Positions 48,031-64,000 of a DNA stretch of 64,000 bases are shown piece after piece. Within the stretch, counting starts at the first letter, position 1. Each line of letters starts with the position of its first letter. Origin of the DNA: the human T2T-CHM13v2.0 reference genome, Homo sapiens. The position numbers were made by a program, and so were the translations under genes. The stretch is from the NCBI RefSeq assembly GCF_009914755.1, contig NC_060935.1. One strand, given 5' to 3'. Under the pieces are notes generated by a model. That model saw nothing but the letters and a program-made list of their open reading frames with translations. It did no database searches and was not told the DNA's origin.

Positions 48031-50082
48031 GGAGAAACAGGACAGACTTTATCTCTCTGCTACATATTCTCAATGTACTTGGCCTCCTTTATGGATTGAG
48101 ACTTTTCTCCCATGACCAACAGATGTTTCTTTGAAATGTATATTGAGTCTATATCATGTGTGTGATCCTATAACTATTTTAGCCTCTTTTCCTCTTCCCA
48201 AAATATATACATCTTTAGGTTCCTATCACCATCCTTGCCATATGTCCAGGCCAAGGTGAAATTTCAACATTTAAAACCACAGCATGCCCCAGAACTACAT
48301 AGCTGGTCTGGATCTCTCCATTTCTATACCCCCAATAGCACTGGGTATCAGTATAGCTCTTGTAGCCTTTACCTTTGTTGTCTGTATAAATCTGTGCTGC
48401 AGTGGAGAGAACTCTGAAGGAGGACCTTGGGGACAATACATTCACTCTTACTCTACCTATTAGATTAGAATGAGTGATCTTTGTAAGTCACTTGATTCTA
48501 TTGACACACCTGAAGAAAGGGAGTATTCTTATTTCTCAAGGGTTTTGTATGAAGAATAAAGAAGTCAAAATGATTTCTAAATTGTAACTGCTTATAAAAT
48601 TGTTCATGATAAAATTATTTTCCTATTATGGTGTTGGTGGTGGTGGTGTGTGGGTGTGTGTGTATGTCTTTGGGGATGGAGTGTGAGGTCATGGGAGGAC
48701 TTGCTATGGGTAGATGTGTTAGGATGTAAACACTTCTTCACTGGAAACCATAATTGTGGTCCCAAAGGTCAGCTATTGGGAAACTGCTAATTGATGGAAA
48801 GAAAAGATGAAAATCTGATTAAAAGGTCTAATCATCTATGGAGGGATAAGGAAGTTGTGGCTTTATATATTCGTTAAATGTTTTATTCCTGTATGTGATT
48901 CACTTTTCTAGGTATAGAGGACCTATCAGTGAACAAAAAAAGTCCCAGGTCTATGAATGGATTACTTTTCAGGAGGAAGAAGTAGACATTTAAAGAACAA
49001 TCTTATATATTACATAGTAAAAATAAGAAGCTAAATGTGCAGTGAGTGACAGTACTGGTGGTTTTGCTATAAGTAAATTATAGTATGTCCTTCTAAGAAG
49101 AGGACTTCTAAGAGGAGACTGAATTAAATGTAAGAGTGAGTCTTGCTAACATCAGGGGGAGGATCATTTTATGCAGAGAGAGGAGCAAGTGCAAAAGCCT
49201 TGAGGAGCCATAGATTTGATAGTTTAATTGAGGAGGTATTTTTTACATGGGGAAAAAAGTCAGAGGAGATAAACCTTAACAGTATAAGTAAAATAATTCA
49301 GACACCAAAGACATATATTATGATTCTATTTTTATCAATTGATTAAAAACCCAAAGGATATTAGTAGTGGTTGCCTGGAGCTTGGGATCAGAATAGGAGT
49401 GATGGCATTAGGGTTTTTTTTTTTTTTCAGGTGATAAAAATAATTTTAAATTGGGTTACAGTAATAGTTATATAGTTCCACAAATTTACTAGAAATTATT
49501 GCATGATACACTTAAAAATGATGTTTGATGCAGTGTTTGATGCTATGTAAATACAATTCAATAGCTTAAAAATATGCAAATATTCACGAATCATGCAAAT
49601 ATTGGGGATACAATCATGCCATTCAGAGAGAAAAGCCTGTGTGCAAGCCCAGGGGCAGGGGTGTGTTTAGTGCATTTAACATAGAAAATGTGTTTTGGGT
49701 TGGGGAACAAAAGGCAGGACAAATGATGGGTTACACGAAGCTCTTGGTAGAAGAGCCTCAGTTTGTCCTCTCCAGTAGAAGAGAAAATAACAATAATTGC
49801 CTTGATGGGGTGAAATTTGTCCTGAGACAAAAATTAAGAATAAAGTGTTTGAAATTACTACAAAGTCCATTTTATTCTGTCATTGGTTTATTCTTCATGC
49901 CTTTCTTTTCTCCTTTCTCTGTTAAATATTAATGTTTTGTCCTGTTCTAAATCTCTGTAAAAGCAGTATTCTTTCTATTCCTTCTTTTCTTACCCTGTCC
50001 CCTTCAACATTCTCAGCACTGCAGGAGTTTGTGACCAAGAACTTCAAGAGTCAAGACAGAAGGAAGCCAAGGGAGCAGTGCA

Positions 50083-63499
<13,417 letters not shown>

Positions 63500-63625
63500 G
63501 TGTTCTCATTCCTTTACCCACTTCTGCATAGTAGCCCTTGTGCTGAGACTCAGATTCTGCACCTGAGTTCATCTCTACTGAGACCATCTCTTCCTTTCTT
63601 TCCCCTTCTTTTACTTAGAATGTCT

Positions 63626-64000
63626 TTGTATTCATTTGCTAGGGCTTCCATAGCAAAGCATCATAGATTGCTGATTTAAACTGTAATTGTATTGCCGTAC
63701 TGTGGGCTGGAAATCCCAAATCTAGATTCCAGCAGAGTTGGTTCTTTCTGAGGTCTGCAAGGAAGGGCTCTGTTCCATGCCTCTCTCCTTGGCTTGTAGA
63801 AGGCATCTTGTCCCTATGACTCTTCACATTGTCTTTATGTACATCTCTGTGCCCAAGTTTTCCCTTTTTATTAAGACACCAGTCATACTGGCTCAGGGCC
63901 CACCGCTAATGCCTTAATGAAATCATTTTAACATTATATTCTCTACAAAGACCTTATTTCCAAATAAGATAATATTTGGAGGTATTGGGAATAAAAACTC
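63626..64000. mobile_element. MaLR (MLT1-type) LTR in the TRIM22 3'UTR
   Basis: ttgctagggcttccatagcaaagcatcatagatt...gaccttatttccaaataag motif. Confidence 0.65.

Overview
Human (hominid) genomic DNA, the 11p15.4 TRIM6/34/5/22 antiviral cluster. It holds all of TRIM5 on the minus strand (493-aa TRIM5alpha, exon frame checked by hand; alleles Y43, R136, G249, H419) head-to-head with the full coding region of TRIM22 on the plus strand (498 aa; alleles N155, T242). Both have ISRE-containing promoters and LTR-rich first introns. The first ~13.6 kb looks like a decayed earlier copy of the same head-to-head cassette: TRIM5-like pseudo-exons 5-7 (minus) plus an orphan copy of the TRIM22 upstream region (plus) that stops just before the ISRE/GAS. 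Other notable items: an L1PA2 with both a 5' inversion and a ~445-bp 3' transduction inside an Alu in TRIM5 intron 4; an antisense Alu in TRIM22 intron 7 that could give a SPRY-less isoform like TRIM5delta; a GC-AG intron 3 shared by both genes; nested LTRs; local templated insertions; and two AluYb elements. Repeat subfamily names come from recalled consensus sequences, not a database search, and repeat boundaries without TSDs are approximate.
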